Shown piece by piece: positions 49,308-59,125 of a stretch of 64,000 bases of DNA. The notes beneath the pieces are model-generated. The model was not told the DNA's origin. It was given only the letters and a program-made list of their open reading frames with translations, and did not search any database. Each line of letters starts with the position of its first letter. Positions within the stretch are counted from its first letter, which is position 1. A program made the position numbers and the translations under genes. This DNA comes from a virus, in IMG/VR virus record IMGVR_UViG_3300036715_000213, positions 11,997 to 75,996 of that record; one strand, written 5' to 3'.

Positions 49308-50596
49308 TATTTGGTCTTTCCAATAGAATCGCGAATTAGCTCAAGCGTGCATTCATGTTTACCAGTACGGTCAAACCGATGTGCCACTGCGGATATTAGA
49401 TATTTACCGCTCAGCATTGGATCGTAAATGTCGTCTTTTGATGTCTTATTGTCGAATTGGCGTAGCGCATTAATGTCAACCTTTACAGTACGTCCAACCG
49501 TGTAATCAGTACGTCCAAACACAGTGATCTCAATACGGTGTTGCTGCATCTGATTGATAATTCCAATACGTTGCTGTTTCACTTTGTAATCAGATACTTC
49601 AGTCGTATTGTCGTACAGCTTCATGTGGTGTGCTTGATTGAGCATCACGGTACTATTTGTACCCTTAAAGGATCCGCTAATCAGCTTCTCCGTGTAGAAC
49701 TTGTTTGGATTTGCACGTGCACGAGTATCATCATTTGCAGTGTATGTTGTATCAGTAAACTTCTTTGTCACTGTATCGTAAGAAAACATACGAGTGCTTA
49801 GAGCACCGTTTGCCTTGTCCTTGATGTAATCGTAAAGTGCTGGAATGCGAACTAGCAATATGTTACGGTAATCATTAGCTAAATCTTTAAACACATCACC
49901 GGAGTTCATTCCGTCTGTAGCGATAGACGACAAACTGTTATCAGTCGTAAAGTACAATTTTGGTTCTTCATTGCTCATTTTAGCTAATGATTTGAAATTA
50001 AATCCCTTACGGTTCTCGAAGAATATCATACTTGGAGTATTGTCTTCGGAGCATACAGCTAAATCAGCATTATAAGAAAAGTTCTTAATCGGACTCCAAT
50101 AGTTGGAAGTGTATGTTATATCGCTAGTAGTTGAATCGATATTGAACGGTACGCTAGTAGATATGTCATCCGTTAGAATCTTCTTGATATTGTCTTCTGC
50201 CTTACCGCGGAATGTACGACTCAAGTTCATCCCAGATTCAATCAGGCTTTCTAAAGCGACAAAGTGATACACGTATGTTTGTGCTCGCTCGCCAGTCTTT
50301 TGTTGATCAGATAAGCGATAGATGTGAAACAAACGATTAATTTCCTGCTCTTTGTTAATCGTTGGTGTCTTAATTACTAAACGAAGCAAATCAGTACCGG
50401 AATCACCAAACAAAGCAGGTAAATCCACTGTATCTGACATAACCAAGTTACCGCTCATGAATGGGCTAAATAAGTCCTCATAGATAGTAATCAAACTAAC
50501 TTGATCGCGAATGTCAACAGCAAGCCCACCGTTTGGCTGTAATATATCAATAGCAATTAAAGAGTATTGCCCTGCATAGACTAGTGAATCGCTCAT
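49307..50596 (-). CDS. gp27: Baseplate hub protein (gp27-like)
   Basis: IYEDLFSPFMSG, FFENRKGFNFKSL, SGKYLISAVAH; upstream of gp5. Confidence 0.7.
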   Translation of the reverse strand: MSDSLVYAGQYSLIAIDILQPNGGLAVDIRDQVSLITIYEDLFSPFMSGNLVMSDTVDLPALFGDSGTDLLRLVIKTPTINKEQEINRLFHIYRLSDQQKTGERAQTYVYHFVALESLIESGMNLSRTFRGKAEDNIKKILTDDISTSVPFNIDSTTSDITYTSNYWSPIKNFSYNADLAVCSEDNTPSMIFFENRKGFNFKSLAKMSNEEPKLYFTTDNSLSSIATDGMNSGDVFKDLANDYRNILLVRIPALYDYIKDKANGALSTRMFSYDTVTKKFTDTTYTANDDTRARANPNKFYTEKLISGSFKGTNSTVMLNQAHHMKLYDNTTEVSDYKVKQQRIGIINQMQQHRIEITVFGRTDYTVGRTVKVDINALRQFDNKTSKDDIYDPMLSGKYLISAVAHRFDRTGKHECTLELIRDSIGKTK

Positions 50597-51123
50597 TTAG
50601 TGAAAGCCTCATCTAAATCTTTAATAAAAATACCGATTAGGTTTGGTAACACGATACGAATTCGACGTTTAGTATCATTCAATGTACGTTCGTAATCCGT
50701 ATTGGTAATTGGTGTAAGAATACTATCCACTGGATTAAGCGGAGCATCCACAATCTTACCGCTTGGATCAACCCAATGTTGACGTCCATACAGCAAGTGG
50801 ATATCATTCTCATGTCCTTCACCGTATTTCATAGTGATATACTCGTCCAATTTGTTTTGTGGCATTGGCCAATCATCCAAGTAATTGTACTTTTCGTTAA
50901 CCAACATCAAAATCCAGTGTAATTCTGGATTACCATACAAACGCTCCGCGATAACTTCTGGAGTGTCCATATCATTGATGTCATAGTCACCGTAATACAA
51001 TGTATTCTCAAGAATGCGTTTTACTGGGCGGACGTTAGCAGTTATATCCGTGACAGCACGAACACCCAGCTTGTCGCCAATCTGGAAGGCATACTGTAAC
51101 TTCTTGAATTTGCTGAAATACAT
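50593..51123 (-). CDS. gp53: Baseplate wedge subunit
   Basis: MYFSKF, TPEVIAERLYG..ELHWILMLVN, YE..LND.KR.I. Confidence 0.92.
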   Translation of the reverse strand: MYFSKFKKLQYAFQIGDKLGVRAVTDITANVRPVKRILENTLYYGDYDINDMDTPEVIAERLYGNPELHWILMLVNEKYNYLDDWPMPQNKLDEYITMKYGEGHENDIHLLYGRQHWVDPSGKIVDAPLNPVDSILTPITNTDYERTLNDTKRRIRIVLPNLIGIFIKDLDEAFTK

Positions 51124-52116
51124 TTATGCTCCTGAACGCATGCTTGGGCTAGTTTCTTTACTTGGGGTACCAAGTTCCTTGAATCGTAATGTCACACTGA
51201 TGTGTGTCGGCATACCATTGTCAAACGTTGAGTACTGACCGTTTGGTGTATAGTTGATAGTCATATTAGTTAGCACCGCGGTGATATGGTGTTCCAGATA
51301 CTTATTTTCTTCAACACCATGGTAATAACGAATCTCAAACTCCGATGGATAGATGTAGATGAATTTTCCAGAATCCAAAAACTCCGGCAACATATGATGG
51401 CGGAATGTACGGATAATCTCTAATACGTTACCAGCTTCTGATTCAGTTTTCGGAGCGAACTTGTAATCGAACGTAAACTCACCAAAATCAACGGAGCGGA
51501 ACAATAATTGCGCCTTGCTATTTCCCGGTGTCAATCCAGCGGCTTTTTGGGCGTACTTTTGTCCGCCCAGTACCTTGGATGCTAATCCACCCAATGCGTT
51601 TTCTTTGATTTCTTCTGTCCCATCTTCTCGTGTACTTTTGTTGAATAGCTTAACACCACCCAACAGTATTCCGGACCATATTTCACCAGTAACCATGGAA
51701 TCGCCATCCTCCATGTTCCAATCGACACTATACGCCTTTGTAAGTGATTCCGGAACATACAGAGAAATGGCACGCGATAAACGACGCTTTGGCTTAGTTA
51801 TATTCAGCTCTTCATCCAATTGAGTTGCATTTTTCTTCAATTCGTCGCCGGATGATGTTATGTAACGATATGGCTCAAGCTCAATGGTTGGGAAAGAATC
51901 TTGAGTACCACCTTTTGCAATTTTGCCAGCACCTTGCACGTTGATATAAAACAATACTCGGTTCTTACCGTATTCATCGGAATTGCCGGATAGTGTTTCT
52001 GGATATTGAAGTGATTTAACACTATAATCGGAACTATCGGGATCTTCAACGACAAAATTGCTAGTAGAGTCAGCTGGTCTACTCTGTTCTTGTTTTGTTT
52101 CGTATTGAATGCCCAT
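51124..52116 (-). CDS. gp48: Baseplate tail-tube cap
   Basis: LQYP, ISLYVP, F.F.YKFAPK..EA, VLTNMTINYTPNG, L.FKE; start moved to MGIQ. Confidence 0.85.
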   Translation of the reverse strand: MGIQYETKQEQSRPADSTSNFVVEDPDSSDYSVKSLQYPETLSGNSDEYGKNRVLFYINVQGAGKIAKGGTQDSFPTIELEPYRYITSSGDELKKNATQLDEELNITKPKRRLSRAISLYVPESLTKAYSVDWNMEDGDSMVTGEIWSGILLGGVKLFNKSTREDGTEEIKENALGGLASKVLGGQKYAQKAAGLTPGNSKAQLLFRSVDFGEFTFDYKFAPKTESEAGNVLEIIRTFRHHMLPEFLDSGKFIYIYPSEFEIRYYHGVEENKYLEHHITAVLTNMTINYTPNGQYSTFDNGMPTHISVTLRFKELGTPSKETSPSMRSGA

Positions 52117-52146
52117 GTTAAATACCCTTATTATTTCAATATTTAT

Positions 52147-52587
52147 ATGGCTCGCAAATATCATCAAGGTACTTTTACACCCAAGAACCCAAGAAAATAT
52201 GTGGGTAAAGTAGGTGACATCTATTATCGTAGTTCATGGGAACTCAAGTTCATGAAATGGGCTGACGCCAATCCGTCTGTTGAATACTGGAATAGTGAAG
52301 AGATTGTAATCCCATACATGTCGCCAGTGGATAACCGGATGCATCGCTACTTTACGGATTTCGCTATCCAAGTGATAAAGAAGGATGGAACTAAGAAGAA
52401 ATACATAGTAGAAATTAAGCCGGAAGCGCAGACTCTACCACCAAAGAAGGGGAAGCGAAGCACCGATAAATACATAAACGAGTTATCAACCTACGCAGTT
52501 AACAAAAGTAAATGGTCTGCTGCTGATAATTTTTGTAAGAAAAACGGGTTGGAGTTTATCGTATTAACAGAGAAGCACCTATTCTAA
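52147..52587 (+). CDS. gp4: Head completion nuclease
   Basis: PKNPRKYVG, YRSSWE, WNSEE, HRYFTDF, EIKP, LTEKHL. Confidence 0.92.
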   Translation: MARKYHQGTFTPKNPRKYVGKVGDIYYRSSWELKFMKWADANPSVEYWNSEEIVIPYMSPVDNRMHRYFTDFAIQVIKKDGTKKKYIVEIKPEAQTLPPKKGKRSTDKYINELSTYAVNKSKWSAADNFCKKNGLEFIVLTEKHLF

Positions 52588-53159
52588 TGGCAACAAGCAG
52601 CGTTCTATTAAACAACCGTATCAATCTCGAGGACGTTAAGAAGTCTAAGAAATGGTTTGATTCGCAAGTAGCGTCTATGAAGCATTCTAATATTACTGCA
52701 CGCCAGCTAATGAATGACAAGTCGCTAAAGAAGTCCCTAAAGATTCAACCCGGCTGCCTGTATTACTATTACTACGATCCAAAGCTAAAAGATACGCTTC
52801 CATACTATGACACGTTCCCAATGGTGTTCCCATTCGCTGCTGTCAAGGATGGATTCCTTGGACTAAACTTGCATTACTTGGGATATCCAGAGCGTATGGC
52901 ATTGTTCAAGAAGCTAATGAGTATCAACGGTGCGACTATTCATCCAGATATGAAGCTCAAGTACTCATGGGCAACAGTTAGCGCATTTAGCAGCATCAAA
53001 GGAATCGATCACTGTATCAAGCATTACTTGTATGATCATTTGCGTTCGCCGTTGATGAAAGTAAAACCCGAGGACTGGACTACAGCGATGATGCTGCCGG
53101 TTGAGAAGTTTGTCGGAGCACGTAAAGAATACGTGTGGAATCAATCGAGGAAAATGTAA
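52587..53159 (+). CDS. gp2: DNA end protector
   Basis: YDPKLKDTLPYYDTFP, GLNLHYL, IKHYL. Confidence 0.92.
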   Translation: MATSSVLLNNRINLEDVKKSKKWFDSQVASMKHSNITARQLMNDKSLKKSLKIQPGCLYYYYYDPKLKDTLPYYDTFPMVFPFAAVKDGFLGLNLHYLGYPERMALFKKLMSINGATIHPDMKLKYSWATVSAFSSIKGIDHCIKHYLYDHLRSPLMKVKPEDWTTAMMLPVEKFVGARKEYVWNQSRKM

Positions 53160-54406
53160 TGTTATTTAAAGAATTCTTATCAAGAGTACGCAGTGAGGGT
53201 CTTGCAACTGGGGCGCACTTCTCAATCACATTGCCTAGTGATTACGGCAACGATATTGACTTGCTTGTTGAGCAAGCAAATCTACCCGGCTTGACTATCA
53301 TGACGACGGAAGTCCGCACCTTCGGCGAAATTACTGAAAGCGCATACGGAATCACATATCCACCAATTCAACTCAGCATCCTGATGAGTAACACTGGGTC
53401 TGCGTTCACGTACTTTTCTGATTGGACAAATAAAGTGTTCGACCGCGAGTCACGCACTAGCGGTTACTATGGTAATTATACTAAAGATGTGACTCTGTGT
53501 ATGTTGTCCCGCAATGATGACATCATCAAATCAGTTACTCTACATGAGTGCTTCCCAAAGATGATCAGTGATATTCAATTTGATAGTACAAATCACGATG
53601 TGGTACGTTTGAATGTTACTCTAAACTACAAATATTGGATTGAAGATAAAGTTACTCCAATCAAATTAAAAGCACTTGACATCAACAAACGATTTGAGTT
53701 TGAGAACGCCGAACTTAATAAATGGCGCGAAGCACCACACGGTGTGGATGCTTACGAAAATGCTCTACGTGATTGGGGTAATCCACATGATATTGGACCG
53801 GAACTAAGTCAGTTTGGTGGCGATATGAGCGGTAGCTTGTCACGTAGCATTGGTTCATGTACTCGTGGACTATCCGATAAGTCGGGTAATCCGCTGTCCA
53901 TATTTGGACTAGATGGGGAAGATACTGCTGGAGATTTCAAGTCTACACTGAATAACTTGACCAGCAATTTTGTTACTTTCGGATCCGGACTAAGCGATCT
54001 GGGTAAGGGTCTTAATCAAATTACAGCACCAGTCAGCGCAATTGCTGGTTCAGTAGCTGGAATGTCCGGTACTCTTGGTGCTCTGGATTCCACTCTAAAC
54101 GCTCTGGGATTGGGGACACCATTCTCGAATGTACGGGCGAACTTGAACAAGACTGCTGCTGGTCTTGGAACTGTCGCTGGACTAAAGGGTTTGCCGGGAC
54201 ATATTAACTCAGTTGGTGCCAACATGGGTGCGATGGGTGGTACGTTTCAACAAGTTTCAAAGAGCATGAGCACTGCATCTAATGCGCCAGATAGTTTTAC
54301 ATCCGCTCTAAATAAGTTGGGTATTAACTTAGAACGCCAAGGATCAAATGTGTCCAACGGTTCAAGTAATCTTGATAGTTATGCTGATATTAATGGATTC
54401 ATATAA
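53159..54406 (+). CDS. Tail-tube initiator (gp54/gp19 family) with long C-terminal extension
   Basis: ANLPG, YF.DW, GYY.NY, L.ECFPK, L.VT..YKYW, then ~250 aa rich in G/S/L. Confidence 0.75.
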   Translation: MLFKEFLSRVRSEGLATGAHFSITLPSDYGNDIDLLVEQANLPGLTIMTTEVRTFGEITESAYGITYPPIQLSILMSNTGSAFTYFSDWTNKVFDRESRTSGYYGNYTKDVTLCMLSRNDDIIKSVTLHECFPKMISDIQFDSTNHDVVRLNVTLNYKYWIEDKVTPIKLKALDINKRFEFENAELNKWREAPHGVDAYENALRDWGNPHDIGPELSQFGGDMSGSLSRSIGSCTRGLSDKSGNPLSIFGLDGEDTAGDFKSTLNNLTSNFVTFGSGLSDLGKGLNQITAPVSAIAGSVAGMSGTLGALDSTLNALGLGTPFSNVRANLNKTAAGLGTVAGLKGLPGHINSVGANMGAMGGTFQQVSKSMSTASNAPDSFTSALNKLGINLERQGSNVSNGSSNLDSYADINGFI

Positions 54407-54825
54407 TGACTGATAAAATTTCTGATGTGTTTGAAATTGAACATAGACCGTCAACGGAGTTAGCTCCTGTCGTAATCACAAACACAAAGGTACAAGACGA
54501 TGCGGATTTCGCTCGAGCGAACCTACGTTCACTGATTGATACTGCAAGTAAAGCATTACAACACGCATTGGATGTTGCTGTACAATCCGAAAGCCCAAGA
54601 GCATATGAAGTGTTAGCAACGTTCATTAACGCATCTGCGGATTTGAATACGAAACTAATTGACGTCCACCAACGTGAGTCAAAGCTATCAACTCCAGAAT
54701 CAGCACCCGCTGGTGAAGTGAAGAATGTAACAAATAATGTGGTGTTCACTGGAACAACCCAAGAATTGAATGATCTAATTATGCAAAGACTGGAACCGGC
54801 AAGTTCGCGAGTACTAAATATTTAG
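54406..54825 (+). CDS. gp16: Terminase small subunit, relocated
   Basis: DDADFARANLRSLI, SESPRAYEV, NNVVFTGTTQEL. Confidence 0.88.
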   Translation: MTDKISDVFEIEHRPSTELAPVVITNTKVQDDADFARANLRSLIDTASKALQHALDVAVQSESPRAYEVLATFINASADLNTKLIDVHQRESKLSTPESAPAGEVKNVTNNVVFTGTTQELNDLIMQRLEPASSRVLNI

Positions 54826-54853
54826 TTGATTTGAGTTTTGAAAGGAATTGATT

Positions 54854-55543
54854 ATGCGTTTAACAGACATTGACACATCCGTATATTACGAAGATACGCT
54901 ACCATCTACGGGTAAGGCAGTAAAGTACCGCCCGTTCACAATCAAGGAAGAGAAAGCTCTTTTGACTGCTCAACAGTCCGAAGATGCTAACACAATGTTA
55001 GCTACTCTGGAATCCGTTGTACAGAATTGTGTACAGAATTGTCCGGAGCTGACTACATTCGACGTTGAGTATTTGTTTATTCGTATCCGCGCCAAGAGCG
55101 TTGGTGAAGAATCGAATGTGGTTGTCGCGTGTCAGCACTGCGATGCGAAAAATACTGTTACAGTTGACCTAACAAAGGTGCAGCTAAGTTCCAAGCCAGC
55201 GGATAAGAAGCTAAAGATTAGTGACAAGATGGTCATTGTGATGAAATACCCATCCATCAATGACGTTAAGAAATTGACTGAATGCAAGCCTGAAGATCAA
55301 GTAACAACTGCTATTGCAATCTCAATTGAGACCATTTACTTTGGTGATAATGTATTCCATACCAAGGATAGTGATATTGAAGAGGTTGTTGACTTCATCT
55401 TGAACCGTACTGACGATGAAATGAAACCGCTTATTGAGTTTGTTGAGAACATTCCAACCGTTAGCTTAGATGTGGAATTTGAGTGCCGACAATGTATGAA
55501 GCCAAATACAAGAAAGATTAGTTCTTTAACTGATTTTTTTTAA
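54854..55543 (+). CDS. gp26: Baseplate hub assembly chaperone (gp26-type)
   Basis: LPSTGK.VKYRPF..KEEK.LL, FD.EYLF..IRAKSVGE, two CxxC, ends L.DFF. Confidence 0.88.
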   Translation: MRLTDIDTSVYYEDTLPSTGKAVKYRPFTIKEEKALLTAQQSEDANTMLATLESVVQNCVQNCPELTTFDVEYLFIRIRAKSVGEESNVVVACQHCDAKNTVTVDLTKVQLSSKPADKKLKISDKMVIVMKYPSINDVKKLTECKPEDQVTTAIAISIETIYFGDNVFHTKDSDIEEVVDFILNRTDDEMKPLIEFVENIPTVSLDVEFECRQCMKPNTRKISSLTDFF

Positions 55544-55716
55544 TTTGCCTCGCACACGAAACACTCACGAATCACTATAAAGTCAACTTTGAATTGATGC
55601 AGACTCACAAGTACAATATAAAAGATTTGGACAGCATGCTACCGTACGAACGTGAAATCTATATCATGATGCTTAACAAAATGATTCAAGAGAAAAACGA
55701 CGCTGCGAGGCAATAA
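55534..55716 (+). CDS. gp51: gp51-like ORF with no own start, reached by -1 frameshift
   Basis: Reads ICLAHETLTNHYKVNFELMQTHKYNIKDLDSMLPYEREIYIMML...; in-frame TGA at 55531; T8 run at 55534-55541; stop overlaps next ATG. Confidence 0.8.
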   Translation, partial: FFLICLAHETLTNHYKVNFELMQTHKYNIKDLDSMLPYEREIYIMMLNKMIQEKNDAARQ

Positions 55717-57395
55717 TGGACGACAAGCAAAAACAAGACGCTAAACAATTAAAGCAAACAGAGAAGCTAACCAAAGCGGTTATGGATCTGACTAAGCGAT
55801 ACAAGACTAACGAAGAACTCGCTAAGAAGGTTGGACTGTTTGGTGGTAAAGGTATCCTAGGTTCTGCAAAAGAAGGCATAAAGAACAAACTTAGCGACAC
55901 GTTCTCGCTGAAGAACCTGGGCTCTCTGATGGGACTTGGTAGTGGAACTATGATTGGTTCACTACTTGAATCTCGCCATGAGAACAAGAAGGAAGCAGTA
56001 TTAGCTAAGAAAGCTGAAACTGAAAAGGCAAAGCAATTTGCCGAGAACCATGCCAAGTACAACCCCGAAGGACAAGCACTAGCTGAACAAAGTCAAGAAG
56101 CTGCAATTGCTCACGGTGTAAAACTGTACACTGAGCAACGTGACTTGATGATTGAGATCCTAAAGGTCAAAGAAGAGATCAAACAGGCTGACGAAACTGG
56201 ACATGGAGATGCAGCGCGTGCACGATTAAATCCAGGTCTAAAAGCAATGCAGGATCACCACGCTGCTATTTCGACTGGTGGTGTTAAGCCAGCTAAAGCA
56301 AAGAAAGAATCTCTAGCACAACCAGAAGAATCGGGTACCAAGGTTGCACCTTTAGCACAACCAGAAGAAGATCCGTTAGTTACTCTACGTGAAGCTCTCC
56401 TAACTAAAGGCGATGTTGTTAATCGCTCTATTACTCAGCTTGAGACAGATAACGGTAAGCCAATGTCCGCTGAAGAGAAAGAGCAATTAGCTGGCGGTAT
56501 CCGTGGCGGAATGGATGAAGAGCTACTAAAACTGAACAAGGAACAACTTGAAGCTCTGAAGAAACTTGTTAAGAACAGTGAACAAACTGAAGAGGACAAA
56601 CTAGAAGCTAAGAAGAAAGATCCTATACTCAGTATTGATAAGGTAGTCAAAACTGAAGATAAGAAAGGTGGGTTGTTTTCTTTCCTATCCAGCCTTGGAC
56701 CACTGTTTAAAGGTCTCACATCGGGGTTAGGTGGATTGTTAAAACTAATTCCTGGTGTGTCTACAATTCTGAGACTCGTGACTATGATTGGACCACTCTT
56801 ATCATTTCTAGCAAGCCCACCAGTATTGTTAGCATTAGCTGGTATTGCAGCCGCCGCTGGTTTGCTGTCTATGTTAAGCAAAGAAAAAACTAAAGAAAGT
56901 AACGGATCAGTTGAGCGTTTTGGTGAAACTAGCACAATGGCTGGTGCTTTGTCAGCCGGTACATCCGGAGCAGAAGCCGCATCAATTATGAATGCTGATG
57001 AAGCAGCAACTGAAGAAACTGGAATGACTCGCGAAGAAAGAAACGCAGCTGATCAAAAGAAATTAATAAGAGCTCCGTGGTATACTCGTATGTATGGCAT
57101 CGGTGAGTCTGAGTATTTGAAGAAAATGGAAACTAATTCTTCAAATCAATCTACCCTGTCTAAAGTAGAAAAGACTCAACGCGAAGTGACTGCATCCCGT
57201 TTAGAAGAAACTGTAAAGCACGAGCAGAGAATTGATGAGATGAAAAAAGCCGCAGTTTCCGAAAAACCTGCGGCTCCTACGATCGTCAACAATGTGTCAA
57301 ACAATACGACTAGCGGTAAAAGTATGGTACTTGCACCACCAGTTCGTAACTTTGAGCCATCTTACAATAGCCGCCTAAAGACGGCATTTGTTTAA
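55716..57395 (+). CDS. Probable tape measure protein (gp29-like)
   Basis: Helical, hydrophobic G/L-rich central segment, C-terminal PTIVNNVSNNT; follows the chaperone pair. Confidence 0.65.
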   Translation: MDDKQKQDAKQLKQTEKLTKAVMDLTKRYKTNEELAKKVGLFGGKGILGSAKEGIKNKLSDTFSLKNLGSLMGLGSGTMIGSLLESRHENKKEAVLAKKAETEKAKQFAENHAKYNPEGQALAEQSQEAAIAHGVKLYTEQRDLMIEILKVKEEIKQADETGHGDAARARLNPGLKAMQDHHAAISTGGVKPAKAKKESLAQPEESGTKVAPLAQPEEDPLVTLREALLTKGDVVNRSITQLETDNGKPMSAEEKEQLAGGIRGGMDEELLKLNKEQLEALKKLVKNSEQTEEDKLEAKKKDPILSIDKVVKTEDKKGGLFSFLSSLGPLFKGLTSGLGGLLKLIPGVSTILRLVTMIGPLLSFLASPPVLLALAGIAAAAGLLSMLSKEKTKESNGSVERFGETSTMAGALSAGTSGAEAASIMNADEAATEETGMTREERNAADQKKLIRAPWYTRMYGIGESEYLKKMETNSSNQSTLSKVEKTQREVTASRLEETVKHEQRIDEMKKAAVSEKPAAPTIVNNVSNNTTSGKSMVLAPPVRNFEPSYNSRLKTAFV

Positions 57396-58313
57396 TTACT
57401 CAGAAATAGATCTGAAGTAATCTTCCATATCATCATCTTTACCACCCGATGTTTCAGCGACTGGAGCTGGCTTTGCCTTTAGTGGTTTAGCTGGCTTTTC
57501 CTTTGCTGCTGGAGCTGGAGTGCTTGGCTCATCATCTTCGTCATGATGTGATGCTGGTGCAACACCACCGCCAGACACAATTCCCTTAAACTTCTTTTCC
57601 AGTTCGTCAAACGACTTGAAGTTCTTTGGATCCAACAAATCCTTCAAAGGCTTTTGTTGCTTAACGATCTCGAGAATTTCTTCATCGGTTTCAGCTACTG
57701 GTCCAGACTCAGTGAACACGCTCTGGTCGTAGTTTGGGTAACCTTCAACTTGACGAATACGCAACTTGAAATTAGCACCTCCCCACAAGTCAAACACGTT
57801 GATTGGAGTATCTTCTTCAAACTCTGGCTGAACCTTTTCCATAATCTTATCGAAAATTTTCTTACCAAACTTGAACTTCAATACCTTACCTTCGTTTTCG
57901 CGATTACCTGGATCGGATACCACGTAGACGTTTGCGTAGTAGTTTGTCTTACGCTTACGTTCACGAACGATCTTCTTGTTATCATCCGTACCTGTTTCCC
58001 ACAATACCTTGTTAGCAGTGTTAACTGGATCGTCTTGACCAATGGTCGACAAACAGTTCTCGATGTACCAACGTCCTGTAGGTCCCTTGAAGGCATGAGT
58101 GTAAACAAGTGCCCATGGAAGCTCATCTCCCTGCGCCGCCGGCAAGAAACGGATTACAGCAGAACCGTTACCAGCTTTGTCGCGGCTTGGCTTCCAGTAT
58201 TCTGTTTCATCTTCTTTGGAGTAGCCACTATCAGTGGACTTAGTGAGAGCTTTGGTAATATTTGAAAAATCCAAGCTTCTTGATTTTTTGAGATCACTTA
58301 ATGATAATGACAT
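57396..58313 (-). CDS. gp32: Single-stranded DNA-binding protein
   Basis: GNGSAVIRFLP, WYIENCLSTIG, FGKKIFDKI, GANFKL, acidic tail. Confidence 0.96.
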   Translation of the reverse strand: MSLSLSDLKKSRSLDFSNITKALTKSTDSGYSKEDETEYWKPSRDKAGNGSAVIRFLPAAQGDELPWALVYTHAFKGPTGRWYIENCLSTIGQDDPVNTANKVLWETGTDDNKKIVRERKRKTNYYANVYVVSDPGNRENEGKVLKFKFGKKIFDKIMEKVQPEFEEDTPINVFDLWGGANFKLRIRQVEGYPNYDQSVFTESGPVAETDEEILEIVKQQKPLKDLLDPKNFKSFDELEKKFKGIVSGGGVAPASHHDEDDEPSTPAPAAKEKPAKPLKAKPAPVAETSGGKDDDMEDYFRSISE

Positions 58314-58492
58314 ATATTAACTTTCTATTAAATGGCATTGCGCCTGTTTATGATGTTGCTCCTAAGAGCTCTTTTATTACCTTTCGGTAATATATTTAGT
58401 GTAACATAGTTTTAAGAAACACTAAATAATATTGTAGATCGCGATGTGACTAGCATCCACCTACTTTAGACTATCAACGATTAAGGAGAATT

Positions 58493-59125
58493 ATGTCCAA
58501 CATTTCTATTTATAAACCAACATGGCTTTATATTAAACGTCACGCAATAACCGGCATGCTTTATTTTGGTAAAACTACTAGAAACGGTTCAAAGTTTTCT
58601 TCATATTTAGGTTCTGGGACATACTGGAAAAAGCATATCAACAAACACGGTAAGCAATTTGTTGAAACAATTTGGTTTTGTCTTTATACCGATCAAGACG
58701 AATTAACTAATGCAGCTATTTCTATGTCTAAAATTTTAGAATTAGGACATAATTCTCTATGGGCAAACAATAAATTTGAAAATGGATTAGACGGAGGTAG
58801 TATAAAAGGTTCTATTTCAGTCCATACTAGAAAACTAATGTCTGACATAAAATCAGACTTAAAACATATAGAAATTGCAAAAGCTAATTTGAAAATAGCA
58901 ATAAAAGCAAACACTGGAAATAAAAGATCTTTGGAAACTAGACAAAAACAATCTATGTCGGGAAGAGGTTTAAAGAAGCCTAGTCTATCAAATAATCATA
59001 AAGATTCTATCAAAGCATTTATGATTGGATCTAAAGTGTACAATAATGGTATAATTGCTAAAAGATTTAGCGTTTGCGACGATATTCCTGTCGGATGGGT
59101 TCCGGGTTATCTTCCAAAAAGATAA
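58493..59125 (+). CDS. Free-standing GIY-YIG (Seg-like) homing endonuclease
   Basis: WLYIKRH..TG..YFGKT, YLGSGTYW, WAN...ENG, NUMOD3-like RSLETRQKQS, YNNG, GWVPG; AT-rich; opposite strand to neighbours. Confidence 0.88.
   Translation: MSNISIYKPTWLYIKRHAITGMLYFGKTTRNGSKFSSYLGSGTYWKKHINKHGKQFVETIWFCLYTDQDELTNAAISMSKILELGHNSLWANNKFENGLDGGSIKGSISVHTRKLMSDIKSDLKHIEIAKANLKIAIKANTGNKRSLETRQKQSMSGRGLKKPSLSNNHKDSIKAFMIGSKVYNNGIIAKRFSVCDDIPVGWVPGYLPKR

Noticed and set aside
56314-56369. 17-bp direct repeat (LAQPEE twice) in the tape measure
   Set aside because: Short in-frame duplication in a low-complexity linker; no sign of further function
5255-57900. Numerous antisense and alternate-frame ORFs in the track (e.g. 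8755..9300, 12103..12474, 56435..56935, 57654..58265)
   Set aside because: Shadows of well-supported genes with biased codon use; no motifs or SD support
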